Assembly: GCA_016194325.1 (NCBI GenBank)
Contig: JACQBS010000051.1
Coordinates: forward strand, 7,855-71,854
Reading direction: 5' to 3'
Source of the DNA: Nitrospinota bacterium
GTDB lineage: Bacteria; Nitrospinota; Nitrospinia; UBA9942
Length of the DNA stretch: 64,000 nt
Shown here: in pieces, positions 36,404 through 44,473 of the stretch
How positions within the stretch are numbered: position 1 is the stretch's first letter
Layout: each line of letters opens with the position of its first letter
Translations under genes and position numbers: made by a program
Notes under the pieces: model-generated
The model's database searches: none
Told to the model about the DNA's origin: nothing
Seen by the model: only the letters and a program-made list of their open reading frames with translations

Positions 36404-36439
36404 GAGAAGAAAATTGGAAATTCTTATAGGAGGATTACC

Positions 36440-39400
36440 ATGAACAGAAAAGAAATAGTGTTAGTGAATAGTGTCAGTGTCAGAAAGAAAATGCTTACAC
36501 TTACACTTACACTTACACTTACACTAATGCTTTCAGTTTATGCCTTTCCATGGAGTGAGCCGGTTATTATAGACTCAGGACCTTTCAATGCCTACAGGAC
36601 TGATATTGCATTTGACTCCAGGGGTAATGCCATAAGTGTATTTGAACAGAAGAGTGGTGATTTCTATAGAATATTTGCTAACAGATATGTCAATGGCAAG
36701 GGTTGGCAGGGGACGGTTACAATAGATGCTAATAGCGGTGATGCCTATAGGGCTCAGGTGGCATTAGATAAAGAAGGGAATGCTATGGCAGTATTCAAAC
36801 AAGCAAACAGGGTCTTTGCCAACCGATATATTTATAATGAGGGTTGGCAGGGGACTGTCCCTATTGATAATGGCACAGGTAATGTCGATGGGCAGGATAT
36901 AGTCTTTGACAGTGAGGGGAATGCTGCTGCAGTCTTTGAGGAGTATAATGGTAAGGAATTTGGAATATATGTAAATCTCTATTCTTCTACTGACACTAAT
37001 ACTAACACTGACACTTCTAAAAGTAGCTGGTCTGGGGCTTTCCGGATAGATACTGGTCATGGTAATGCCTTTTTCCCATATCCACTATTTGATGACAAAG
37101 GTAATCTTTATGTAATTTATTATAAGGAAGAGTCCAGTGGGCTGGAGGTTTATGTCAGCCGGTTACAGAAGCCAGAAGTTAGAAGCCAGAAGTTAGAAGC
37201 CAGAAGTCAGAAGATAACTTATGGAAACATAGTACACAAGAAAGAGAAATGGGTTGAAAAGAAAAGTGAAATAGGGAGAGGAATTAAGTCTGTATATAAT
37301 CCCATGTTTTTAAGTGAGCTCAAAAAGAGGATATATTCGGGGAACTACTCCTACTCCCGCTGGGAGACCCCTTCAAAAATAGATTCAAGGTTCAGAGATG
37401 CATACAGACCAACCCTTCTTGCTAATGGGAATGGAGAGGTAACTGCACTATTTGTAAAATGGGATGGCGAATATTTAAGTGGCTATATGGTTAGCCACAG
37501 AAATGGTAAATGGGGCAAAATAGAGGAGATTGATGCAGGGAAGGGTGATGTGGAGCATATAAGAGGTGCAGTAAATTTCAAAGGTGAAATGGCAGTCGTA
37601 TTTACACAGTGGGTGGATGATAAACAAGGGGCAAGGGGCAAGGGGCAAGGGGCAAGGGGTAATGAAAATTTAAGGATACATGCAAGGATATATTCCCCCT
37701 TAACAAAGGGGGATAGGGGGTTGTCTGGCTGGGGGGAGGCTAAAATCATAGACGGAGGTAAAAAAGATGCCTACAATCCAAGTATTATATTTACCAATAG
37801 TGGTGAAATTATTGCTGTCTGGTGTCAGTGGGAGAAAGCGAATGTTAAGTCATATACAAATATTTACAGAAATGGAATAGGGTGGGGAAATGCAGAACGG
37901 CTTGAGAATAAAGAGGGTGAGACCTGTGGTGTAAGGATTGCATCAGGATCGGATGGTAAGGTCATTGCTATATTTGAGCAGGATGGTGTTAATTCAGAAG
38001 CCAGAAGCCAGAAGATAGAAGTAGTAGCCGTTTCTGACGGCGATAAAGCAAGAAGCCTGCCCCTGCATGATGTAAGCAGGGGAATAAACAGGATATTTGC
38101 AGTGGAATTTAAAAACACTGACACTGTCACTAACACGGACACTTATACCGTAAGAAAGCTTACCAGTGGAGATAGGGAGGATTATTATGCGGAGTTCAGT
38201 CCTGATGGAAAAATGATTGTCTTTGTTTCAAAACATGGAAAATATTCTAATCTCTATATTATGGATGCGGATGGAAAGAACATGAGACAATTAACTTCCG
38301 GTGATGTAACTGATACAGCCCCTGTTTTTACACCTGATGGAGGAAAGATTATCTTTGCCTCAAACAGGATTGCTGAAGGATGGGATATCTGGTCTGTCCG
38401 CCCCGATGGCTCTGAGCTTACCCGTATTACAAAATGGAGCAGAAACGAATACTCTCCACATCCCACATCTGATGGTAAAGGTGTGCTCTATGTCTCTACT
38501 GCAGGTGGTGACCATGCCATCTGGAGTATGGATATAAATGGAGATAATCCGAGACGATTAACCTCAGGAGGAACAGGTGATTGGTTCCCTGCAATGAATC
38601 CGAATGGTAGAGAAATTGTCTTTGTAAGCACGAGGCTGGGATATGGCGATATATGGACGATAGATCCGGTGGAAAAGAAATATCATAGATTGACCTATTC
38701 TGACCTGCCAGAGTTTTCACCGGCATGGAGCCCTGATGGCTCAAAGATTGCCTATGTGACTAACAAAGGTGGGGAATTTGATATCTGGATTATGGATAGA
38801 GACGGAAAAAATAAGAAGAGGCTGACAAAAGGGATATCAGATAGAAATTGGGGAAATAGGTTCTCGGCGATTAAGATAATGGAGACCGCCGGGTATTATC
38901 ATCTCTCATGGCATCCTGACGGGACAAAAATCCTTTTTACAGAATGGGGGGATAATGAAAAAGAGAGCTGCATTTCAATACTTGATTTTGATAAGGCTAT
39001 TATAGATAGATTGGAAGCAGATGGAACATCTATCCCAGAGTATACCTTGATTGGAGAGGGGGAACTGACAAAAGGCGAATGGGAGGATTTTGCTCCCTCA
39101 TTTAGTCCTGATGGTATATCCCTCACCTTTTCATCCAACAGGAGCGGTAACTGGAATATATGGAGTATGGAATTTAATGGAGAAAACTTAAGGCAGCTTA
39201 CGGATGAGAAGGCTGATGCTCTTGCCCCTGTCTTCAGTCCCGACGGCAAAGAAATAGCCTTTTTGAGAAGCCAGAAGCCAGAAGTCAGAAGCCAGAAGGA
39301 TGAAACAAATTTTGAAAATCGTCAATCTTCAATCGTCAATCTTCAATATGATTTGTGGCTAATGAAAAGTGATGGGAGTGGTGCGAGGCAGGTTACAAAA

Positions 39401-39985
39401 GATATTCAGGTTATATCTTATCCTGCATGGAATCCGAATGGTAAAGAAATAGCCTTTGTCGCTCAAGGGAAGGATGTTCCTGAAATATGGACATACAACT
39501 TTGAAAACTCTAAAGTGCGAAGACTTATCACGGCTTACAACTCACAACTCAAGACTCAAGATTCATTAAGCTATCCCTTCATAAAGTTCTTGTATCGTAT
39601 AGGGTATAATCCTGCTGGTGATAAAATTACCTTTGAATCTAATCGTTCAGGAAATGTAGAGATATGGACAATGAGGAGTGATGGGACTAATCTTGCCCGT
39701 ATTACAAATGGGGATAGTCCGCACTGGAATCCTATCTGGAGTCCTGATGGGAAGATGATAGCCTATACAACCGATAAGTTAGGGGAAAAAGCAGGACATC
39801 ATAACTGGCGTAATTACAATATTTGGGTAGCTGATCCAGAGACACATGAAGAGATGCTCATTACAGGTGAAGAGCAGATAGACTGGAATCCTGTATGGAG
39901 CCCCGATGGTAAAAAAATCGTCTATGTTACAAACCGTTCAGGTGATTTTAAACATTTCAACCTGTGGGTGCTGTATTTGAAGTGA
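36440..39985 (+). CDS. Secreted two-part beta-propeller protein: novel N-terminal repeat region + TolB-like PD40 repeats; carries at least 10 repeat-derived in-frame segments
   Basis: The leader is MNRKEIVLVNSVSVRKKMLTLTLTLTLTLMLSVYA. The N-terminal half has ~45-aa repeats (W.G...ID.G...AY....A.D..GNA.AVF.Q......IFANRY). The C-terminal half has PD40 blades (FSPDGK.I.F.S...G..NIW.M..DG.N.RQLT). The conserved tail is NRSGDFKHFNLWVLYLK. Confidence 0.8.
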   Translation: MNRKEIVLVNSVSVRKKMLTLTLTLTLTLMLSVYAFPWSEPVIIDSGPFNAYRTDIAFDSRGNAISVFEQKSGDFYRIFANRYVNGKGWQGTVTIDANSGDAYRAQVALDKEGNAMAVFKQANRVFANRYIYNEGWQGTVPIDNGTGNVDGQDIVFDSEGNAAAVFEEYNGKEFGIYVNLYSSTDTNTNTDTSKSSWSGAFRIDTGHGNAFFPYPLFDDKGNLYVIYYKEESSGLEVYVSRLQKPEVRSQKLEARSQKITYGNIVHKKEKWVEKKSEIGRGIKSVYNPMFLSELKKRIYSGNYSYSRWETPSKIDSRFRDAYRPTLLANGNGEVTALFVKWDGEYLSGYMVSHRNGKWGKIEEIDAGKGDVEHIRGAVNFKGEMAVVFTQWVDDKQGARGKGQGARGNENLRIHARIYSPLTKGDRGLSGWGEAKIIDGGKKDAYNPSIIFTNSGEIIAVWCQWEKANVKSYTNIYRNGIGWGNAERLENKEGETCGVRIASGSDGKVIAIFEQDGVNSEARSQKIEVVAVSDGDKARSLPLHDVSRGINRIFAVEFKNTDTVTNTDTYTVRKLTSGDREDYYAEFSPDGKMIVFVSKHGKYSNLYIMDADGKNMRQLTSGDVTDTAPVFTPDGGKIIFASNRIAEGWDIWSVRPDGSELTRITKWSRNEYSPHPTSDGKGVLYVSTAGGDHAIWSMDINGDNPRRLTSGGTGDWFPAMNPNGREIVFVSTRLGYGDIWTIDPVEKKYHRLTYSDLPEFSPAWSPDGSKIAYVTNKGGEFDIWIMDRDGKNKKRLTKGISDRNWGNRFSAIKIMETAGYYHLSWHPDGTKILFTEWGDNEKESCISILDFDKAIIDRLEADGTSIPEYTLIGEGELTKGEWEDFAPSFSPDGISLTFSSNRSGNWNIWSMEFNGENLRQLTDEKADALAPVFSPDGKEIAFLRSQKPEVRSQKDETNFENRQSSIVNLQYDLWLMKSDGSGARQVTKDIQVISYPAWNPNGKEIAFVAQGKDVPEIWTYNFENSKVRRLITAYNSQLKTQDSLSYPFIKFLYRIGYNPAGDKITFESNRSGNVEIWTMRSDGTNLARITNGDSPHWNPIWSPDGKMIAYTTDKLGEKAGHHNWRNYNIWVADPETHEEMLITGEEQIDWNPVWSPDGKKIVYVTNRSGDFKHFNLWVLYLK
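37166..37214 (+). repeat. In-frame (YAGAAGN)7 heptamer tandem repeat
   Basis: cagaagc cagaagt tagaagc cagaagt tagaagc cagaagt cagaaga encodes QKPEVRSQKLEARSQK. Related blocks lie at 37995..38022, 39265..39299, 46664..46691 and 60542..60569. Confidence 0.9.
37625..37659 (+). repeat. In-frame perfect (CAAGGGG)5 heptamer tandem repeat
   Basis: caagggg x5 (35 nt, not a multiple of 3) encodes QGARGKGQGARG within the TolB-like 1 CDS. Confidence 0.95.
39265..39344 (+). repeat. In-frame composite repeat (SAGAAGY)5 + (AATCKTC)4 at the variable loop of TolB-like paralogue 1
   Basis: gagaagc cagaagc cagaagt cagaagc cagaagg ... aatcgtc aatcttc aatcgtc aatcttc encodes RSQKPEVRSQKDETNFENRQSSIVNLQ. Confidence 0.9.
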
Positions 39986-39990
39986 TAATT

Positions 39991-40073
39991 AGTGCAGAGT
40001 ATCAAAGTATCAAAGAGTCAAAGTATCATAGATTAAAGACTTTGACACTCTGACACTTTGACACTTTGACTCT
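39991..40073 (+). repeat. Intergenic octamer-unit hairpin (AGTCAAAG/CTTTGACA) between TolB-like genes 1 and 2
   Basis: Left arm agtgcagagtatcaaagtatcaaagagtcaaagtatca; 9-nt loop; right arm gactttgacactctgacactttgacactttgactct. It starts 6 nt after stop 39985 and ends 16 nt before ATG 40089. No T-tract. Confidence 0.85.
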
Positions 40074-40088
40074 ATAAGGGGGTTTACT

Positions 40089-42122
40089 ATGAATATAAAA
40101 AAACTGACACTCACACTCACACTGACACTCACACTCACACTGACACTCACACTGGCATATGCGCAGGAGCTTCCCTATACTGTCAGGAATATTACCGATG
40201 GAGAGAGAATAGATTTTCATCCGGAATTCAGCCCTGATGGGAATGAGCTCGTATTTGCCTCTAAAACAGAGATAAGCGAAGATGATAAAAAGAAAGAGTT
40301 TTGGGGTACCAGTCCCTATTATGTGAACTTATGGCTCATGAACTCAGACGGAAGGAACAAACGGCAGTTGACCACTGATAAAGCAATAGATTGTTATCCA
40401 TCGTTTACCACTGATGGAGAAAAGGTTCTTTTTGTCTCCAACAGGGGTGGGCAGTGGGATATCTGGTCTATAAAAAAAGATGGCTCAGGACTTACCCGTC
40501 TTACAAATAATACTGATAAAGATTACTCGCCAAAGGTAACACCGGATGGTAAACATATTCTATTCTTCAGCACACCAACATCAAGTGAAGTTGGTTATAT
40601 TACAGAAAGTGTATGGATTATGGATATGGATGGAAAGAATGCAAAGAGATTGACCTCCGGAGGCAAGGGGGATTGGTATCCCTCTATGAACCCTGATGGT
40701 AAGGAAATTATATTTGCAAGCATGCGGCTTATAGGTGGCAGTCTCTGGACAATAGATAGGGAAGGAAAGAATTACAGGAGATTGACCTATGGAAAGGTGC
40801 TGGAGTTTTTTCCCAACTGGAGTCCTGATGGGGAAAAAATCGCCTATGTTTCAAGAAGGGAGCATGCCTCCTTTGATACTGTAGGCGATACCGAGAAAGA
40901 CCCGCTTGAAATCTGGATTATGGACAGAGACGGAAATAATAAAAGGCAATTAACAAAAAATATATCAGGGGGTATATGGGATTCAAGATTCAACTTAAGA
41001 AAACCCCTTGATTTTATCAGTTATTATCATTTGTCATGGCACCCTGACGGCACAAAGATTGCTCTTACTACATGGGATAGAGGACAAAAGGGTAGCTATA
41101 TCAGTGTAATTGAGTTCGGCAGAGATACTTTAAATAAATTGCCTGCCTTAAAAAACGATACACTTCCTCAATATACTTTGATTGGAGAAAGGGAGCTTAC
41201 TGCCGGTGAGTGGGAGGATTTCGGTCCCTCCTTCAGTCCTGATGGTAATACGATAGCCTTTTCATCAAACAGGTCGGGTAATTGGGATATCTGGAGTATA
41301 GGGGCTGATGGTGAGGGAGTGAAGCAACTTACAAAAAATCCATCCACAGAAATTGCCCCTGTCTTCAGTCCTGATGGTAAAGAGATAGCCTACCTCAAAG
41401 AGGCAAATCCAAAATCCGAAATCAGAAATCCGAAATATAATATGTGGATAATGAAAAGCAACGGGGAGGAGGCACGAGAGGTTACAGGAGCGATTCCTGT
41501 TCTATCTTATCCTGCATGGCATCCTGCTGGTAATGAGATTGCCTTTATATCAAAAGGGGATGAGGGAATTGGAATATGGGTTTACAATGTCATTCAACAA
41601 AAGAGCAAAAAGGTAGCTACTATATGGAATAGCGAAAGAGAACAAGAGGCAAGAATACGTGCAGGGGAGGCTTTAGCCTCCCAAAGAGGCAAAAGGTATT
41701 ATCCCTTTAATGAGCTATTCCTCTACCGAATAGATTATAATAATAAAGGAGATAAAATTACCTTTGAGTCAAATCTTTCTGGTAATGTAGAAATATGGGT
41801 AATGAACAGTGATGGAAGGGATATGAGTAAGGTTACAACAGGGAGTAGTCCGCACTGGAATCCTGTATGGAGTCCTGATGGAAATAGAATAGCTTATGCA
41901 ACAGAGAAACTTGCTTCAAACTTAGGGCCTCCTTTTTGGCCAGATAATAATTATAATATCTGGCTGGCTGATATGAGTACAGGAAAAGAAGAGGCACTTA
42001 CAGCAGAGGAGCAAACCGATTGGAATCCTGCATGGAGCCCGGACGGAAAAAGAATCGCATATGTAACCAACAGGTCAGGTGATTTTAAACATTTCAGTAT
42101 ATGGCTGTTGTATTTGAAATAG
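40089..42122 (+). CDS. Secreted TolB-like PD40 beta-propeller repeat protein (about 12 blades)
   Basis: The signal peptide MNIKKLTLTLTLTLTLTLTLTLAYA is encoded by (CTGACACTCACACTCACA)3. It has about 12 blades with FSPDG/WSPDG...I.F.SNRSG.WDIW. The tail is NRSGDFKHFSIWLLYLK. Confidence 0.85.
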   Translation: MNIKKLTLTLTLTLTLTLTLTLAYAQELPYTVRNITDGERIDFHPEFSPDGNELVFASKTEISEDDKKKEFWGTSPYYVNLWLMNSDGRNKRQLTTDKAIDCYPSFTTDGEKVLFVSNRGGQWDIWSIKKDGSGLTRLTNNTDKDYSPKVTPDGKHILFFSTPTSSEVGYITESVWIMDMDGKNAKRLTSGGKGDWYPSMNPDGKEIIFASMRLIGGSLWTIDREGKNYRRLTYGKVLEFFPNWSPDGEKIAYVSRREHASFDTVGDTEKDPLEIWIMDRDGNNKRQLTKNISGGIWDSRFNLRKPLDFISYYHLSWHPDGTKIALTTWDRGQKGSYISVIEFGRDTLNKLPALKNDTLPQYTLIGERELTAGEWEDFGPSFSPDGNTIAFSSNRSGNWDIWSIGADGEGVKQLTKNPSTEIAPVFSPDGKEIAYLKEANPKSEIRNPKYNMWIMKSNGEEAREVTGAIPVLSYPAWHPAGNEIAFISKGDEGIGIWVYNVIQQKSKKVATIWNSEREQEARIRAGEALASQRGKRYYPFNELFLYRIDYNNKGDKITFESNLSGNVEIWVMNSDGRDMSKVTTGSSPHWNPVWSPDGNRIAYATEKLASNLGPPFWPDNNYNIWLADMSTGKEEALTAEEQTDWNPAWSPDGKRIAYVTNRSGDFKHFSIWLLYLK

Positions 42123-42135
42123 GGGAGGATTTACC

Positions 42136-44403
42136 ATGAACAGAAAAAAAATAGTGTCAGTGAACAGTGTCAGTGTCAGTAAAAAAAACAGTGTTAGCAA
42201 AAGGATACTAATACTGATACTAATACTGACACTAACACTGACACTTGAAGATGCCTTTGCGGACTCAAAGGGGAGACCCGACCACATGTCAAAGGAGATA
42301 ATAAAGACTAAAGAAGTAGTCCCTGTTCCTCCCGATATTCAGGTGCCTTACTCGGTCAAGAGGATTAGTGACGGCAGTTCCATTGATTACCATCCGGAGT
42401 TTAGCCATGATGGAAAACAGATTGTATTTATTAGAAAAATAGATAATGATGAAAATATGAAAAAGGGGGAATTCTGGCACAAGACACCTTATTCCCTGAA
42501 TCTATGGCTCATGGATTCAGATGGCAATAACAGAAGACAGTTAACATCAGGGGATGTGATGGACTTTGCTCCAAGGTTTACACCTGATGGAAAAAGGGTC
42601 ATTTTTGTCTCCAATCGCAGGGATGGCAGATGGGATATATGGTCAATAGATATTGATGGTTCAAACCTTAACAGAATTACAGAGACAGAAGGGAATACAG
42701 GGCTATGGGAAAGGTCACACTATCCTTTCCCTACGCCAGATGGTAAGGAGATGATTTTCGTAATCTATAAAAAATCCCACGGAAGTGTATGGCTTATGGA
42801 TATGAAAAGCAGAAATATAAGAAGAATAACTTCAGGGGGATTTGGAGATGACTTTCCGATGATGTCCCCTGATGGTAAAGAGATTGTCTTCAAAAGCACG
42901 AGACAGGGAAATGGAGATGTATGGTCAATAGATAGAACAGGAAAAAATTACAAAAGATTGACCTATGAGGATTACCCGGAATTTTACCCTGCATGGAGTC
43001 CGGATGGGACTAAAATATCCTATGTCACCAACAAAGGGGGTATCTTTGATATATGGATAATGAATAGGGATGGTAAACACAAAAAGAAGCTGACAAAATT
43101 CCTCTCGCAGGGGGCATGGGGAAAAAGGTTTGATTATAACGACCTTGTAGAGACCGGATATTATCATGTCTCATGGCATCCGGATGGAACAAAGCTTGCC
43201 CTGACCATCTGGGATCCTGATAAAAAAGAAAGTTATTTGACAACACTCGACTTTGGAAAGGATATTGGCAGGGTAATGGATAGCCTGCCTGATGAAAAGG
43301 AGACCCTTCCTGATTACACCCTTATTGGAGAGAAAGATATTACCGGCGGTGGAAGCTGGGATGATTTTGGACCATCTTTCAGCCCCGATGGAAAAACAAT
43401 AGCCTTTGCTTCTAATAGAAAGGGGAACTGGGATATCTGGAGTATCAGCGCAGAGGGTGAGGGATTGAAACAGATGACGGAGGACACTGGTAGTGAGCTT
43501 GCCCCCGTATTCAGTCCTGATGGTAAAGAGATAGCATTTTTAAAAGAAATTGGACAGGATATACAGGATGGACAGGAAAAAAATATAAATCCAGTAAATC
43601 CTGTTAATCCTGTCAAAAAATACTATTCATTATGGCTCATGAATAGTGATGGGAGTGGTGCAAGGCAGATTACTGAGGGTATTAAGGCTATATCTTATCC
43701 TGCATGGAATCCAGATAGTAAAGAGATTGCCTTTGTAGCAAAAGGAGATAAAGGTCCTGAGATACAATTAATCCCCCTTAATAAAGGGGGGCAGGAGGTT
43801 GTTACTGTGAGCCGTGTTATTTCTATATGGGACACAGAGAAGCCTAATCCTTCTATGTTTCCTTTTGCAAAGGATACAAAGGATGAGGAGTTTACTCCTG
43901 AGGAAATGGCAAAGATGAAAAAACTATTCCCGAATGCAAAAGTCGGGATGGGTGGATTGACCCCCTTTACAAAGGGTGAAACCATAGATGTTCCTTATCC
44001 ATTGAAAGAGTTTCTCTACCGTGTAGATTATAATGCCGCAGGTGACAAAATCATATTTGAGTCTAATAAAAGCGGGAATATAGATATATGGTCGGTAAAA
44101 AAAGATGGGACAGAGATGACTCGTATTACAAAAGAAAGTGGACCGCATCTAAATCCTGTCTTTAGCCCTGATAATAAAAGAATCGCCTATGCCCGCAGAA
44201 AATTGGAGTTAAGCTCATATAATGAAGTAAATTATAACATCTGGGTTGCCGATGCGCATACCGGTGAAGAAATGCCTATTAACGGTGAGGAGCAGACAGA
44301 CTGGAATCCTGCATGGAGTCCGGATGGAAAAAAAATCGCCTATGTTACTAATCGTTCAGGGGAATTTAAGCATTATAATATATGGATGCTGTATTTAAAA
44401 TAG
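42136..44403 (+). CDS. Secreted TolB-like PD40 beta-propeller repeat protein
   Basis: The leader is MNRKKIVSVNSVSVSKKNSVSKRILILILILTLTLTLEDAFA, followed by PD40 blades throughout. The tail is NRSGEFKHYNIWMLYLK. Confidence 0.85.
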   Translation: MNRKKIVSVNSVSVSKKNSVSKRILILILILTLTLTLEDAFADSKGRPDHMSKEIIKTKEVVPVPPDIQVPYSVKRISDGSSIDYHPEFSHDGKQIVFIRKIDNDENMKKGEFWHKTPYSLNLWLMDSDGNNRRQLTSGDVMDFAPRFTPDGKRVIFVSNRRDGRWDIWSIDIDGSNLNRITETEGNTGLWERSHYPFPTPDGKEMIFVIYKKSHGSVWLMDMKSRNIRRITSGGFGDDFPMMSPDGKEIVFKSTRQGNGDVWSIDRTGKNYKRLTYEDYPEFYPAWSPDGTKISYVTNKGGIFDIWIMNRDGKHKKKLTKFLSQGAWGKRFDYNDLVETGYYHVSWHPDGTKLALTIWDPDKKESYLTTLDFGKDIGRVMDSLPDEKETLPDYTLIGEKDITGGGSWDDFGPSFSPDGKTIAFASNRKGNWDIWSISAEGEGLKQMTEDTGSELAPVFSPDGKEIAFLKEIGQDIQDGQEKNINPVNPVNPVKKYYSLWLMNSDGSGARQITEGIKAISYPAWNPDSKEIAFVAKGDKGPEIQLIPLNKGGQEVVTVSRVISIWDTEKPNPSMFPFAKDTKDEEFTPEEMAKMKKLFPNAKVGMGGLTPFTKGETIDVPYPLKEFLYRVDYNAAGDKIIFESNKSGNIDIWSVKKDGTEMTRITKESGPHLNPVFSPDNKRIAYARRKLELSSYNEVNYNIWVADAHTGEEMPINGEEQTDWNPAWSPDGKKIAYVTNRSGEFKHYNIWMLYLK
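43552..43615 (+). repeat. Complete hairpin element inserted in frame in TolB-like paralogue 3 (GGACAGGAT / AATCCTGT units)
   Basis: Sequence: ggacaggatatacaggatggacagga-aaaaaatat-aaatccagtaaatcctgttaatcctgtc. The arms are reverse-complementary. It encodes GQDIQDGQEKNINPVNPVNPV at the same loop that carries other repeats in the three paralogues. Confidence 0.9.
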
Positions 44404-44460
44404 TGAAAGTGTAAGTGAAAGTGTAAGTGAAAAGAGTTAACTTACACTTACACTTGCACT
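44402..44460 (+). repeat. Intergenic hexamer/heptamer hairpin (AGTGTAAGTGAAAG / CTTACACTTACA) between TolB-like genes 3 and 4
   Basis: Sequence: agtgaaagtgtaagtgaaagtgtaagtgaaaag-agttaa-cttacacttacacttgcact. It overlaps stop codon 44401..44403 and ends 13 nt before ATG 44474. Confidence 0.85.
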
Positions 44461-44473
44461 ATAAGGAGGAGCC

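Noticed and set aside
40103-40153. CRISPR array, suggested by the many short direct repeats (for example (CTGACACTCACACTCACA)3 and the heptamer tracts).
   Set aside because: The units are 6-18 nt and directly abutting, with no unique spacers. Most are inside ORFs. No cas genes are present.
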